Source: an uncultured Synergistia bacterium (GTDB lineage: Bacteria; Vulcanimicrobiota; SpSt-956; JAKJGF01). Taken from it: a stretch of 64,000 nucleotides of DNA. The notes under the pieces were generated by a model. It had not been told where the DNA came from and did not search any database. It was given only the letters and a program-made list of their open reading frames with translations. This document shows positions 16,930 to 26,084 of this stretch, in pieces (the first letter of the stretch is position 1; every line of letters starts with the position of its first letter). The stretch spans positions 590 through 64,589 of the forward strand of contig CAYSLJ010000009.1 of NCBI GenBank assembly GCA_964431735.1. Direction: 5' to 3'. Position numbers and translations under genes: made by a program.

Positions 16930-18336
16930 TCAGTCTTTAAATTTCGGCATTACCGGCTGTCCCTGAGAAACAGGTTTACAGAGAAAAGTCAGATAATTAA
17001 GATGTTTCATTTTATACATGAGATTGAGAAATATTATAACAGTGCTGATTATTATTGCTATCAGGTAGCCGGTACCCAAAGTAAAAGAGCTATGCCATAT
17101 AAACAGATAGCTCAGGATTCCGTTTAACATGGTGAATATGGAAATACATACAAGGGAATCTGTAAGTAATTCAAGATACCAGTGTAATACGACAAGAACC
17201 AGAAATAAAATCTGGAAAAAAGCAGCTACTATAAGTATTCGAAATACAGGGACAATATCATCTACATTAAAATGGAGAAACCTTATTATATAAGGAGCTA
17301 TAAGAAAGATTATAAGGGTAATAAAAAACTGTATTTTTGTTATGTGCAGTAATTTGTCCTTCAAAGCTGAAATCAAAAAAATTCTTTTATCTTCTATTTC
17401 TTTATAAGTACCTTCATTCAGAATTGTATTTATATATTTTCTCAATCCTTCATAAAAATCTGTTTCTACCTGCAGAAAAAATACGGACATGGCAGGAATT
17501 ATTGTAAGTGCAGCCAGAAAAGACGATGTATCATAGGGATAATGGGCCAGAAAAGCTGCTTCCAATCTGATACCTTCAGGAGAATACCAGACAATCAATT
17601 TATCAAGCCAGTAGCCGAGATTATATAAAAAAGCAGCCAGTGCAAGCTGGGGATATTTATTAAAATATCTCGTAAATTCAAAAATTCTGTCTTCTCCCCA
17701 TGTAAATTCACTTTTTATACGTCCTATAAGAAAGATTACAATGGCAACCTGCCCCAGCGTAAACCCTGCAAGGTAACCTTCTGTATGCCAGTAATTACCT
17801 GCAATCATAGCAGTAAGAAAACTTAATATAAATCCAAGAAAATATATGGAAACAACCTTTATATAATCCCTCAGAGATGAGAGGAAAACCATTATTATCC
17901 ACTGAAAAGACACGGTACAGAATAAAATTACAAATAATATTTTCAATATAAAATTTACTGTAGAAAAAGATATAAAAACAGAAGAAGCAATAAAACATAA
18001 GAGTCCTGACAGAAACATGACACCGGCAAAATTCGGAAACAGTGCAGAATATTCCCTCTGGTACAATCTATCTGAAATAAAACGGGTCAGCACTAATTGA
18101 AATATACTTGTAATAATCAGGGAAAAGGTATATACATAGACTATTATAACCCTGAATAATACCATAGGGGGCTGAACAGAATAAGAGCCGGCAAATACAC
18201 TGAGACCTGCTATGGACATAACGGCAAAAAGCCAGGGACCGGAAGATATAACAAGTGAAATTAAATTTGCTTTAAAATCACTGACATATCTGTCTTCATG
18301 CAATAATTTTTTTAACAGAAAACCTATGCCTGCCAT
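16930..18336 (-). CDS. pelG: Pel polysaccharide export membrane protein PelG
   Basis: N-terminus MAGIGFLLKKLL is as in PelG. About 12 TM helices, 468 aa, last gene of the pelD-E-F-G order. Confidence 0.85.
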   Translation of the reverse strand: MAGIGFLLKKLLHEDRYVSDFKANLISLVISSGPWLFAVMSIAGLSVFAGSYSVQPPMVLFRVIIVYVYTFSLIITSIFQLVLTRFISDRLYQREYSALFPNFAGVMFLSGLLCFIASSVFISFSTVNFILKILFVILFCTVSFQWIIMVFLSSLRDYIKVVSIYFLGFILSFLTAMIAGNYWHTEGYLAGFTLGQVAIVIFLIGRIKSEFTWGEDRIFEFTRYFNKYPQLALAAFLYNLGYWLDKLIVWYSPEGIRLEAAFLAHYPYDTSSFLAALTIIPAMSVFFLQVETDFYEGLRKYINTILNEGTYKEIEDKRIFLISALKDKLLHITKIQFFITLIIFLIAPYIIRFLHFNVDDIVPVFRILIVAAFFQILFLVLVVLHWYLELLTDSLVCISIFTMLNGILSYLFIWHSSFTLGTGYLIAIIISTVIIFLNLMYKMKHLNYLTFLCKPVSQGQPVMPKFKD

Positions 18337-18356
18337 AAATGGTAAACCTTTCTTTA

Positions 18357-18530
18357 TTCGTCACGCGTAACGCGTTACGCGTGACGGGTGGGTCGTGATG
18401 CGTGATGCGTGATGCGTAGTTTACGTGACGCGTGACGGGTGGGTCATATCCAGGGCGTTTAATAAAACGCCCCTACGACTCACTTTTCACTCTTCACTTT
18501 TCACTCTTCACTCTTCACCCTTCACTACTC
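18357..18530 (-). repeat. intercistronic mosaic element (pelF-pelG junction)
   Basis: TCACTCT/TCACTTT x7 on the top strand. Hairpin GGGCGTTT-aata-AAACGCCC (18453-18472). GATGCGT x3 and ACGCGT units. Confidence 0.9.
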
Positions 18531-20860
18531 AACAGTTTCTTAAACTCCTCACCGTATCTCTCCAACACATCTTTCTTCTGATAATATCTTTCCATTCTTA
18601 TTTTCCCTGTTTGAGCCATTCTTTTATAGAGGTGTTCATCCCTCAATATGGTCATTATGGCGCCTGCTGTTTCAGAGGTAGCATGGACATTCGTTATAAG
18701 TCCGCATTTTCCGAGCATCTCGTCTTCACCGTCTTTACCGTATAAAAGTTCCCTGCAACATCCTACATTTGTAGCCACACATGGTATGCCGGCACTCATG
18801 GCTTCCATTAACGTAAGAGGCTGTCCTTCACTTATACTGGTAAGCACAACCAGATCTACATCATTAAAAGCCTCTGCCAGATTTACATTACCGGTGAATT
18901 CCACAATGCCGTCAAGGCCCATCAGGTTTATAAGGGTAATACATTCATCAAAATATTCTCTGTCTTCATCATAAGGCCCCATAACAAGAAATTTAACATT
19001 TCCCCCCATTTCATCACATACAAGCCTGGCTGCAAGAATGTAAGTTTTTATGTCTTTTATGGGTACAACTCTTCCTACAAGCGTTACAGTAAGAGTTTTT
19101 TTATTCAGTTCCTTTGGCTTAACTGATGTAAATCTCTCCATATCAATTCCGTTTGGAATAATAACAATCCTGGAAGGGTCTGCTCCTGCTTCTATTTCCA
19201 TTCTCCCGTTATCAGAGAAAAGAGTAGTTATAGTAGACGAATGGGTATATACAAGAGAACTCAGGGTAAGATAAAGATTTATCCATACTTTTTTCAACCC
19301 TGTAAATACTTCCCTTGCCATATAACCGTCCTGTTTTATCTCATAGATCCAGTTGGCCTGGTTTATTTCTATCATTCTCTCCCTGTGGTAAATACCATGT
19401 TCTGTTAACATCAAAGGTTTATTGTAATATAAACTGGAAAGAGTTGCTCCCAGTCCTGCATATCCGGTAAGGACAGTATAAAATAAAGAAGCAGGCGGAT
19501 AAGTGGCTCTTAAAATATTATAAACCGGTAATACAAGAGATCTGTATGACCAGATGTATTCAAGAAAAGGCACATCTGAAAGACTGTTATTATAAAGTTT
19601 TGTTATAAATTTCCATGCTTCGGGAGAGAAAAAAAGGTCACCTATATCCAGTTTAAAACCCTCCATAACACCCAGTTCTTTACATAAACATTTAAATCTG
19701 TCTTTATCTATTTTCCCGGAAGATATTATGAAATCAAAGAGAAGATCCATTAACTGCCGGGCTCCGGTGTTTTTACCTTTCCTCTTTATATCCGGTAAAT
19801 CGTATAAATATATATCTTTATAATATAAAATATTTTTCGGAAGATCATACTTAAATTCTTTTATTTCAGAGCTGGAAGCCACCATATGAACAACAGAAAA
19901 AGTAAAATCTTTAAAATACTTAATCTGTTCCTGAACCCATGAAGAGACACCGCCTCTTACATAAGGATAACTTCCTTCCACAAAAAGACATATGTCTGCT
20001 TTTTCGAAATTCTTTTCCTTTGAAAATTTTGCCATAGTCCATTTCAATACAGGATTTGTAACATCATCGGCATCGACAGAGAGGTTTTTATCTCTGAAAA
20101 GTGACTCTGCCATACCGGATTCTCTCAATACTCTGAGTACTTCATTTCTTACATTTTTATCTCTTTCTTTTTTTAAATAATTTTTCAATATCCCGGGAAT
20201 AGTACAGGATTTAATCTGTCCCAGAGCCCATACACATGTAACACGAACAGAAGGATTTTCATCGTTGAGGAGTTTAACAAGTTCATTACAGGCTTTTTTG
20301 ATTTTTCTACTGCCACAGTAAAAGGCTGCAGTATATCTGACTTCTGCATCACAGTCTCTCAAAGATTTTATAACAGTATCTTCGGCTCTTTCATCTCCGA
20401 TAAGACGGAGGCTGTCTATTATACGGGCCCTTATTCCGGGGTCTTTATCCTTTAATATCCCGATAAGCGGTATAACAGCATTTGCCTGTTCTCCCATGCC
20501 AAGAGATTTTATTGCATAAGTGCGGACATAATCATCAGATGAAGCGAGCAAATCCAGGAAATAATCATATTTAAAATCAGATCTTATATTATCCAGTGCT
20601 CTTTCTGCAGTTCTCTGAATAATTTTGCTTTCATCAAATAAAAATTCTGTTAAATCTTTAACAGTACTTTTATAATCAAATAAAGACAGATGTTTTATAA
20701 CATAATACTTAATCTTAAAATCAGATAATTTCACTGCCTGTGCCAGACTGTGAAGATCTTCTTCGTTCTTTATTTTCGAAAGAAGATATTCTGCTTCTTC
20801 CCTCTTTGTTGTATCCAGAAGCACAAGACCATTGAATATTTTCTCTATTGTTTCTTCCAC
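18515..20860 (-). CDS. pelF: PelF-type GT4 glycosyltransferase with about 280-aa N-terminal HEAT-repeat extension
   Basis: DICLFVEGSYPYVRGGVSSWV (near nt 19995) is the PelF N-terminal signature. GT-B C-terminal EGQPLTLMEAMSAGIP. The N-terminal part has repeated D.....VR..A..ALG HEAT/PBS-lyase units. Confidence 0.88.
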   Translation of the reverse strand: MEETIEKIFNGLVLLDTTKREEAEYLLSKIKNEEDLHSLAQAVKLSDFKIKYYVIKHLSLFDYKSTVKDLTEFLFDESKIIQRTAERALDNIRSDFKYDYFLDLLASSDDYVRTYAIKSLGMGEQANAVIPLIGILKDKDPGIRARIIDSLRLIGDERAEDTVIKSLRDCDAEVRYTAAFYCGSRKIKKACNELVKLLNDENPSVRVTCVWALGQIKSCTIPGILKNYLKKERDKNVRNEVLRVLRESGMAESLFRDKNLSVDADDVTNPVLKWTMAKFSKEKNFEKADICLFVEGSYPYVRGGVSSWVQEQIKYFKDFTFSVVHMVASSSEIKEFKYDLPKNILYYKDIYLYDLPDIKRKGKNTGARQLMDLLFDFIISSGKIDKDRFKCLCKELGVMEGFKLDIGDLFFSPEAWKFITKLYNNSLSDVPFLEYIWSYRSLVLPVYNILRATYPPASLFYTVLTGYAGLGATLSSLYYNKPLMLTEHGIYHRERMIEINQANWIYEIKQDGYMAREVFTGLKKVWINLYLTLSSLVYTHSSTITTLFSDNGRMEIEAGADPSRIVIIPNGIDMERFTSVKPKELNKKTLTVTLVGRVVPIKDIKTYILAARLVCDEMGGNVKFLVMGPYDEDREYFDECITLINLMGLDGIVEFTGNVNLAEAFNDVDLVVLTSISEGQPLTLMEAMSAGIPCVATNVGCCRELLYGKDGEDEMLGKCGLITNVHATSETAGAIMTILRDEHLYKRMAQTGKIRMERYYQKKDVLERYGEEFKKLLSSEG

Positions 20861-20890
20861 TTAACTATCTCCGCCTATCAGTGTATGAGA

Positions 20891-21000
20891 ATCGTAACGA
20901 GTAACACGTAACGCGTGACGGGTTTAATCCCTGTACATTATGCATTACCAATTACTTTGTAACGAGTCACCTGTCACACATCACCTGTTACGCATCCAGG
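20891..21000. repeat. degenerate CGTAACG array and TCACCTG/TCACACA heptamers at the pelF-pelE junction
   Basis: ATCGTAACGAGTAACACGTAACGCGTGACGGG (20891-20922). TCACCTG TCACACA TCACCTG TTACGCA (20973-21000) covers the pelE stop and its last codons. Confidence 0.75.
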
Positions 21001-22005
21001 TTCTCTCCAGTAAACGATAAAATCTTTTATCTTTTCTTTTTCATCACCGTCATATATTTCAATGAGAGATTCTATTTTTTTTATATACACGTCCATATGC
21101 TTTAAATCCTTTTTCTGCCAGTAACACTCAGAAATAGCTATTAAAGATGACATATCATGTTCTTTTGAAGAAAGAGATTTTTCTATGTACTTTATAGCTT
21201 TATCATAATCTCTTTCATAGAGATAAAGTTTCCCCATTAAAAAATTGGTTTCATACTGGTCTGAATTTAATTCCAGTGACTTTCCGAGCATCGATTTCGC
21301 ATGTCCCAGTTCATCTTTTATTGTTTTATAATTATCAAATAATCCGGAAAAAGCATATTCCATTATAACACTTCCCAGATCAAGATAAATTCTGTAATCT
21401 GAAGGATGTTCTTTAAGTTCCAGTTTTAATTCATTTATAAAAAGATTATATTTTTCCGATATAGTTGCAAGTTCTTCTCCTGCATAATATCTTATATCCA
21501 TATGGCGATCATTTAACAAATCCTTTAAAATCTCAATTGAATTATGACTTACAAATTTTCCCAGTGATTTCACCAGATTCAATTTCTGGCTGAAATCCTC
21601 TTCAATCCTTACAGAATCACGAAAAGGCTGAAGATCAATATTTAATTTTAAAAAATCAAGAGATTTTGTTAATTTCGGAGTTTTATCTCTGTCTCTCGTA
21701 TCTGATAAAATATACTCCCTGTACTCTTCATAGAGATTTAATGTTTTTCCTTTATCCTTCCTCCTCAACATCTGATAAATACCGATATAGCCAAAGACCG
21801 GTAAAGACATGAGAAAAATAAATACAAAAGGATAAAAGGTTTTTCTTTTATCTTTAAGTAAATACACAGACAGAGAAGCCAGGAGAGAAGCCATTATATG
21901 TCCTGTCATAATATAGACTTCCCAATCTGTATAATTACGGAATAGAAGATATAAAGAACATACTTCCAGAAAAAAACTTGATATCATAAAAAAAATAGAA
22001 ACCAT
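20974..22005 (-). CDS. pelE: PelE-like inner-membrane TPR protein
   Basis: 343 aa with N-terminal TM helices and a TPR-like C-terminus. It sits between pelD and pelF. 1-nt overlap with pelD. Confidence 0.65.
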   Translation of the reverse strand: MVSIFFMISSFFLEVCSLYLLFRNYTDWEVYIMTGHIMASLLASLSVYLLKDKRKTFYPFVFIFLMSLPVFGYIGIYQMLRRKDKGKTLNLYEEYREYILSDTRDRDKTPKLTKSLDFLKLNIDLQPFRDSVRIEEDFSQKLNLVKSLGKFVSHNSIEILKDLLNDRHMDIRYYAGEELATISEKYNLFINELKLELKEHPSDYRIYLDLGSVIMEYAFSGLFDNYKTIKDELGHAKSMLGKSLELNSDQYETNFLMGKLYLYERDYDKAIKYIEKSLSSKEHDMSSLIAISECYWQKKDLKHMDVYIKKIESLIEIYDGDEKEKIKDFIVYWREPGCVTGDV

Positions 22006-23414
22006 TATAACTGTTCCCTGTTTCTTATTTCGGCAATTATTTCTTCAAGGGATTTTTTACCTGAAAAAGGTGAAGAATAAACTATTTTTACTTTTAATAT
22101 TGAATCATCTTCAAAAGGTTTCAGGCTGAAATGCACCATTTTCTTCTGAATAGCAGATATAAGATCATCTATATTATCATTGTTTATCTTATGCTTAAGC
22201 ACTGCAAATTCCCATTCATGTTCAAAATGGGCAAAAAGGTCAAAATCCTTTATATATTCCCCAATTATCCTGGATACAAATTTCAATACAGATGGTTCTT
22301 TTGCAGCAGGTAATTTCTCCCAGTCGAGTATTTTAACCATAATAAGAATAAAATCCACGCCTGTATTCTGGGCGCTCAGAAAGGCCTCTTCCAGTCTCAT
22401 TGAAAAATATTCATATTTAAAAATCTGTGTATCAGGTCTGATTATTCTCCTTCCTTCTGATATTTTATAGGTCATGGCATTTTCTATAGCCCTGGAACAC
22501 CAGTCTGAAAGTAATAAAAAGATTTTTTCCGTTACACGATTAAACTTCAGGAAACTGATATTATTGATATTTAACACACCATACATATCACCGTCACTAT
22601 TTTTTAAAGGAGCTATGTAAACAGGCATATCGGATATGACAGTATCTTTAAATTTTTCCTGGCTTATGGAAAAAAGTTCCCTTTTTTCAAAAACCATAGT
22701 ATAAGGAGATTCTATTATTTCTATTCTTTCCTTCGGAGCTTCTTCATAATCATAATAACCTGTGTAAGATTTCAGGCATAAGACATTACCTTCCAGAATA
22801 TAGAGAGTTACCTTCTCTGCCTCCACATATTTCATAACTATTTCAGGTATTTCTTTATATAATCCTTCCAGTTGCAGATTTTGCATATCTTTTGCATCCT
22901 GATAGAGATCGGTCATAGTAGAAGTCTGTGTAAGAATCTTTCTTTCGTAATTATCTTTTAAAAATGAATTTATTTCATACCGTTCATTCAGTTCTCTGTA
23001 TTTGCTGTCAGACTGTTGAAGTTCTTCCTGTAATTCTTTTATTTTTTTCACATATTTTGTCTGAACAGGACCAAGAAAGAGGAGTATAATAAAAAATACA
23101 ACTATTTCCAGCAATCTGTATAATAGAGCGTTTATACCATAAGGTGGAATGAAAATAAAATAAATGGATGAAATTATGACGGAATAAAACCCCCAGTCAG
23201 GGCCATAGCGAAATACTATGAATAAAATAAAAAGATAAAAAGGATTTATTAAAAAAGAATGGATTTTAATATAACAGGGATCGCCGGGAAATAAAAATAT
23301 ATTAATCACTATAAGGATAAAGGCAAAAATATTTATTTCCCAGAAAACAGGATATTTTGTTCTGTCTCTGACCTTTTTTATTGTGTCCAGGTAATAATTT
23401 ACTTTATTGTTCAT
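22005..23414 (-). CDS. pelD: PelD-like membrane protein (TM + GAF-like + degenerate GGDEF-like)
   Basis: 469 aa with four N-terminal TM helices, a coiled coil and two cytoplasmic alpha/beta domains. The call rests on synteny; c-di-GMP-binding residues are not verified. Confidence 0.65.
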   Translation of the reverse strand: MNNKVNYYLDTIKKVRDRTKYPVFWEINIFAFILIVINIFLFPGDPCYIKIHSFLINPFYLFILFIVFRYGPDWGFYSVIISSIYFIFIPPYGINALLYRLLEIVVFFIILLFLGPVQTKYVKKIKELQEELQQSDSKYRELNERYEINSFLKDNYERKILTQTSTMTDLYQDAKDMQNLQLEGLYKEIPEIVMKYVEAEKVTLYILEGNVLCLKSYTGYYDYEEAPKERIEIIESPYTMVFEKRELFSISQEKFKDTVISDMPVYIAPLKNSDGDMYGVLNINNISFLKFNRVTEKIFLLLSDWCSRAIENAMTYKISEGRRIIRPDTQIFKYEYFSMRLEEAFLSAQNTGVDFILIMVKILDWEKLPAAKEPSVLKFVSRIIGEYIKDFDLFAHFEHEWEFAVLKHKINNDNIDDLISAIQKKMVHFSLKPFEDDSILKVKIVYSSPFSGKKSLEEIIAEIRNREQL

Positions 23415-23425
23415 AAATTTTAATA

Positions 23426-23548
23426 ACGTGACGGGTTGGTTCGTGATGCGTAATGCGTAATGTGTGATAATCGTGACGCGTAACGCGTAACGCGTGACGG
23501 GTAAGTATCCCTTTCACTTTTCACTTTTCACGACTCACCACTCACTCA
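23426..23548 (-). repeat. intercistronic mosaic element (receiver-pelD junction, no GC hairpin)
   Basis: TTCACTT units, CGTGACGCGTAACGCGTAACGCGTGACGGG, and GTGATGCGTAATGCGTAATG. Confidence 0.85.
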
Positions 23549-23947
23549 AACAGGTCTGTTCTGTATTTTCTCTACAAAACCAACAGCTTTTACAAGCTCA
23601 TCATTGGAAAAAGGCTTGTTGATATAATAATCTGCACCGTAATCATAACTTGTAAGAACTGCATCCGATGTTTTCAAAGCAGTTAACATTATTACCGGAA
23701 TATGCTTTGTTTTAGGGTTTGATTTAATTTTCAGTGTAGCCTGAATACCATCCATTCTGGGCATCATTATATCCATTAAAATAACATCGGGCTGCAGTTC
23801 AAGCGCTTGTTCTACTGCTTCAACTCCGTTATCTACTATGGTTAACTCATAGCCAATTTTCCCAAGAATAGTTTTAATAACAAGTCTTATAGGTACAGTA
23901 TCCTCTGCAAGGAGGGCTTTTTTTCTATCTTCACTCATAATAATCAT
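23546..23947 (-). CDS. single-domain response regulator (CheY-like receiver)
   Basis: DVILMDIMMPRMDG, LTA and K-P motifs. 133 aa, inside the pel gene string. Confidence 0.9.
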   Translation of the reverse strand: MIIMSEDRKKALLAEDTVPIRLVIKTILGKIGYELTIVDNGVEAVEQALELQPDVILMDIMMPRMDGIQATLKIKSNPKTKHIPVIMLTALKTSDAVLTSYDYGADYYINKPFSNDELVKAVGFVEKIQNRPV

Positions 23948-24162
23948 CCTTTTTATTGTTTCATAACTTATATTCGTGACGCATGACGCCAGGATTAATA
24001 TATATTTCGAGAAGAATTATATATTTTCCTCTACCGTAGCTAAAATTTCGGCATAGGCAGAGGTATATCTTTCAATCTACCGCTCTTTACAGATAGCGTT
24101 TTTTTACGACAGGTAGTTGTATTTTTACTGGAAATTGCACTTAATTTTGTAAATCTATTAAT

Positions 24163-24220
24163 CAGTGAATAGTGAGTAGTGAAAAGTAAGTAAAATCCAA
24201 TTTTTTTCACTTTTCACTCT
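24163..24220. repeat. inverted heptamer arrays forming a potential hairpin
   Basis: GTGAATA GTGAGTA GTGAAAA GTAAGTA, then a loop, then TTCACTT TTCACTC. Confidence 0.8.
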
Positions 24221-24246
24221 GAATATTCTGTGATAAATTTCTTTTT

Positions 24247-24289
24247 CCATTGTATATAAAATCACCTGTCATTTTTAAACACAATCATA
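24247..24289 (+). repeat. 43-nt element, copy A (TATATAAAATCACCTGTCATTTTTAAACAC core)
   Basis: Matches 44549-44593 with one indel and a few mismatches. Confidence 0.8.
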
Positions 24290-24359
24290 GGAAAAGAAGC
24301 CGTTAAAATTTTGAGTAAAGAAGCAGGAGAAAAATTATTTATAATAGATAAAATTAAAG

Positions 24360-26084
24360 CTAAAATTTTGCTTTCAATCCCAGAGTCAATTCATAATCCT
24401 TTGTATCTGGCTCTATAACACCAATTCTTCCAACTCTGCTGAGACCTTTTATATATTCTCCATAGAGGAAAAAATCATCTCCAATTTTATGATCTATATA
24501 CATGGAATAAATATTATAATCACTCAGTTCATTTGATGAATGCATATAATTTACTCTGAAGAGTGAATTTTCCGTCCAGTAAATATCCCATTCAATAGAA
24601 TAATTCCACTGAGACAGGTCAAGGGGACTGTAATATAAAGGACTTTCAAAGGTATGATGCAATCCCGTATGACTTATACCTGCCGTTATCCATGTATTTT
24701 TTCTGTTATCCCATAACCTGTAAAAGGCAGCTATTTCACTGTACGTTCCATTATTGCCGTCAGAATAATCGTAATCAGAAACATGGGCAAGTAAACTGCA
24801 TTTCTCCGTAAGATTAAGACCTGTATAATAATCCATGCCATTATAAGAAATATTTTCTTTCATAGCCTCTACTGTTTCCAGAACAAAATCCTTTCTATGC
24901 CTTATACCTGCTTCCAGTATATCATTTTTAAAAGCAAACTCACCATAGTAAGTACTGCCCTGAGTTCCTCCACTGTAACCTCCTCCTGCAGAAAAATTTT
25001 CCGTAATATGCTGTGTAACGTCAAGTTGACCTTTATTATATATACCTGTATAGGCATCACTTTTAATTTTATATCTGTTAGCTGAGAGAAGAATTTCTGT
25101 TCCTGTAGTCATAACAGGATAGAAAAGACCTGCATAATAATTTATGTAATCCTGATTATTAATGCTTCCCTGACTGTATTCTCCTCCTGTGTATATACCT
25201 GATATATCATCTTCAAGAATATTTAACATTTCTCTACCATAATTCCTGCCTGAAGAGATTTTCGTTAATTGATTGTAATAGGCAGAATAAAAATAAGGAG
25301 TTCTTGAAATATTATAATTAAGCTCTGAGAGTCTTGCCTGATTTAAAGAGTTTTCATTTTCTTCCGAAGGGTTTTCTCTGTATATTTCTTCATATAATTC
25401 TATGGCTTCTTTATATTTATATGTATTTAAATATATAAAAGCAATTCTTTCATGGGAACATTTTTCTCTTATATCCTGTCTTTCCAGTATATTATAAGCT
25501 TTTTTATAGGATCCTGTAATCATATAAAGATCGAGAAGGCGGAGCAATTTATCCTGATTATCAGGTTCAAATTCTAAAAGCTTTTCCGTAAGGGCTGTTT
25601 CTTCTTTAAAGGATTTATTATTTTTATAAATATCCAGTAATTTATTTATTATTTCTTTATTATCACCATAGGTTTTTAATGTATTCAGACATTCTTCTGT
25701 AGCATAGGCATAGGAACCTGTAGCATTGTAAATATCTATAACAAGTGTTCTTATATGCACATCTTCAGGTTTTACTTCAAGATACCTTTTATATAATAAA
25801 ACTGCATAGGAATAATTTCTCATTTCTATCATCATATCGGCAAAAGCCAGTAACACTTCAGTATTTTTCGGTTCATCTTTAAGTAATGTCTGATATATAC
25901 CTATAGCAGAGTCATAATGTTTATTGGTTCTGAGCACAGACGCATCATAAAGAAAATCTTCAGTCTTTTTTATCTCCTGTTCCGGTATAACTTCTGTATC
26001 AGGAGCGGCAGTTTCTTGTCCGTAGAGGATATTAATATTTAAAAACATTATAAAAAGTATTATTATGATCATTTTTTTATACAT
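24360..26084 (-). CDS. PelB-like outer-membrane protein (signal peptide, TPR repeats, C-terminal beta-barrel)
   Basis: Signal-like N-terminus. TPR-like residues about 40-250. The aromatic/Gly-rich alternating C-terminal half ends in ..LGLKAKF (OMP terminal Phe). It is much shorter than Pseudomonas PelB. Confidence 0.6.
   Translation of the reverse strand: MYKKMIIIILFIMFLNINILYGQETAAPDTEVIPEQEIKKTEDFLYDASVLRTNKHYDSAIGIYQTLLKDEPKNTEVLLAFADMMIEMRNYSYAVLLYKRYLEVKPEDVHIRTLVIDIYNATGSYAYATEECLNTLKTYGDNKEIINKLLDIYKNNKSFKEETALTEKLLEFEPDNQDKLLRLLDLYMITGSYKKAYNILERQDIREKCSHERIAFIYLNTYKYKEAIELYEEIYRENPSEENENSLNQARLSELNYNISRTPYFYSAYYNQLTKISSGRNYGREMLNILEDDISGIYTGGEYSQGSINNQDYINYYAGLFYPVMTTGTEILLSANRYKIKSDAYTGIYNKGQLDVTQHITENFSAGGGYSGGTQGSTYYGEFAFKNDILEAGIRHRKDFVLETVEAMKENISYNGMDYYTGLNLTEKCSLLAHVSDYDYSDGNNGTYSEIAAFYRLWDNRKNTWITAGISHTGLHHTFESPLYYSPLDLSQWNYSIEWDIYWTENSLFRVNYMHSSNELSDYNIYSMYIDHKIGDDFFLYGEYIKGLSRVGRIGVIEPDTKDYELTLGLKAKF

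Noticed and set aside
18453-18472. GC hairpins of the mosaic elements as Rho-independent terminators
   Set aside because: No U-tract follows the stem on either strand. Most copies lie between tightly linked co-directional genes, such as pelF-pelG. A terminator role is not excluded, but the sequence does not support it.
18425-18745. Track ORFs translating heptamer arrays into HSSLFT/LHSSLFT-type peptides (also 5612-6013, 9190-9470, 14957-15163, 45641-45919, 48309-48506, 54044-54238)
   Set aside because: The TCTTCAC strand of the arrays has no stop codon in any frame, so long spurious ORFs start there and run antisense into real genes. They show no protein-like features.
24125-24140. Sigma-54-like promoter (CTGGAAATTGCAC)
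   Set aside because: The GG-to-GC spacing is about 7 nt rather than the required 12, so it does not fit the TGGCAC-N5-TTGC geometry.
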